64,000 nt of DNA, taken from positions 36,404-100,403 of the forward strand of contig CAVTER010000010.1 of NCBI GenBank assembly GCA_963733835.1. Direction: 5' to 3'. Below are positions 63,135 to 64,000 of this stretch, one piece after another. A program made the translations under genes and the position numbers. Origin of the DNA: an uncultured Spirochaetota bacterium. Lineage in GTDB: Bacteria > Spirochaetota > Spirochaetia > SZUA-6 > Fen-1364. The first letter of the stretch is position 1. Every line of letters starts with the position of its first letter. The notes beneath the pieces were generated by a model. The model ran no database searches, was not told the origin of the DNA, and saw only the letters and a list, made by a program, of their open reading frames with translations.

Positions 63135-63842
63135 TCACGCCTCCGAGCCGGCCACGATGCCGGCGCGGACCAACTGCGCGTACACCCCGCCCATTGCCTC
63201 CCTGTTGCTCACGATGGCCCGCCTCATCATGGGCCTGAGCAGCAGGGCGTTGGGGAGCCGCCCGAGAAGGTTCTGCAGGGGATAGCGCCTGCCCTGGCGG
63301 ATGTCACCGGCCATCCTGCTGCCCAGCGCGCGGGCTTTGCGCAGAATCGTCGGCATCGCCGACACGTGCCTGCCGCGGAGGGTGACCGCCAGGGTCCCCG
63401 TGACGTAGGCCCGCCGGAAAACGCTGTCCCGGATGGTGGAGGCGAGCTGCGCGGCGATCTTCGAGGCGCCGAAGCCGCTCGCGGTGGAGATGCCGATCAC
63501 GTACTTCCCGCCGAAGGTGGAGGTCAGGAACGCGTACTGGCCCAGGCGGTCCACCAGGTTCTTCATCCGGGCGCACATCCCGGGCCCGTAGGTGGGCGAG
63601 CTGAGGATGATGCCGTCGGCCTCGCAGAGCATCTCCCGGAGCTTCGGAAAATCGTCCTGGACAGCGCAGCGGCCGGATGTCGTGCAGGCCCGGCAGTCCC
63701 TGCAGTACTCGATGCGCAGGCTGGGCAGGAACACCTCCTGCACCGACGCCCCGGCTTTCCGCGCCCCCGCGAGGGCTTCCCGCACGAGCGCGGCACCGTT
63801 GCCGTTCGCATGCGGGCTGCTGATGATTCCAATGACCTTCAT
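63135..63842 (-). CDS. Flavodoxin family / iron-sulfur flavoprotein (NADPH-dependent FMN reductase)
   Basis: SSPHANGN, CRDCRAC..C, SSPTY, MKNLVDR; RBS AAGGAGG. Confidence 0.87.
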   Translation of the reverse strand: MKVIGIISSPHANGNGAALVREALAGARKAGASVQEVFLPSLRIEYCRDCRACTTSGRCAVQDDFPKLREMLCEADGIILSSPTYGPGMCARMKNLVDRLGQYAFLTSTFGGKYVIGISTASGFGASKIAAQLASTIRDSVFRRAYVTGTLAVTLRGRHVSAMPTILRKARALGSRMAGDIRQGRRYPLQNLLGRLPNALLLRPMMRRAIVSNREAMGGVYAQLVRAGIVAGSEA

Positions 63843-63944
63843 GTGCGTTTCCTCCTTGTCGCACGGTGGGCGCTGCGCAGGGAGACGGCGTCAGGGAAAA
63901 GGAGGATTCCGCGCCGACGAAAGAGTGAGGAGAGCGACCGGGGA

Positions 63945-64000
63945 TCAGGGCGCGGGTGAGCCCGCCGCCACGGTGATCCTGACTGTCGTTCCCGCCCCGG
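63945..64000 (-). CDS. 3' end of a probable sensor histidine kinase (partial)
   Basis: GAGTTVRITVAAGSPAP* resembles an HATPase C-terminal strand. Confidence 0.45.
   Translation of the reverse strand, partial: GAGTTVRITVAAGSPAP

Overview
High-GC bacterial chromosome segment, most likely a free-living spirochaete (inferred from the gene order pyrG-lptCAB-rpoN-hpf-hprK-ptsH-lexA-holA, the spirochaete-type YmdB variant and 'AAGNKE' binding-protein leaders). Bases 1-26 kb are core genome: lon, an SDR, a creatininase-like gene, a LamG/FN3-TPR-HDOD-MBL hydrolase signalling operon, uvrC, holA, lexA, an NtrYX-like system, HPr/HprK, rpoN, lptBAC, pyrG, ymdB and tRNA-Leu(CAG). This half carries many single-base indels that look like long-read errors. 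After the tRNA come accessory modules: a lower-GC sugar ABC transporter, an Fe-S protein, a Trk K+ uptake operon wired to KdpDE with no kdpFABC (TTGAY direct-repeat promoter, unannotated 49-aa membrane protein), a candidate amino-sugar catabolic locus and a cNMP-patatin. The window ends with a tightly coupled, apparently uncharacterised operon: Fe-S flavoprotein, a sigma factor lacking most of region 3, a pyruvyl transferase, a reductase-adenylation fusion, a V4R/ATC-hydrolase-GMC oxidase fusion and a DUF998-like membrane protein. That operon is the best candidate for a new system. All calls come from motif recognition by eye; no database searches were run.
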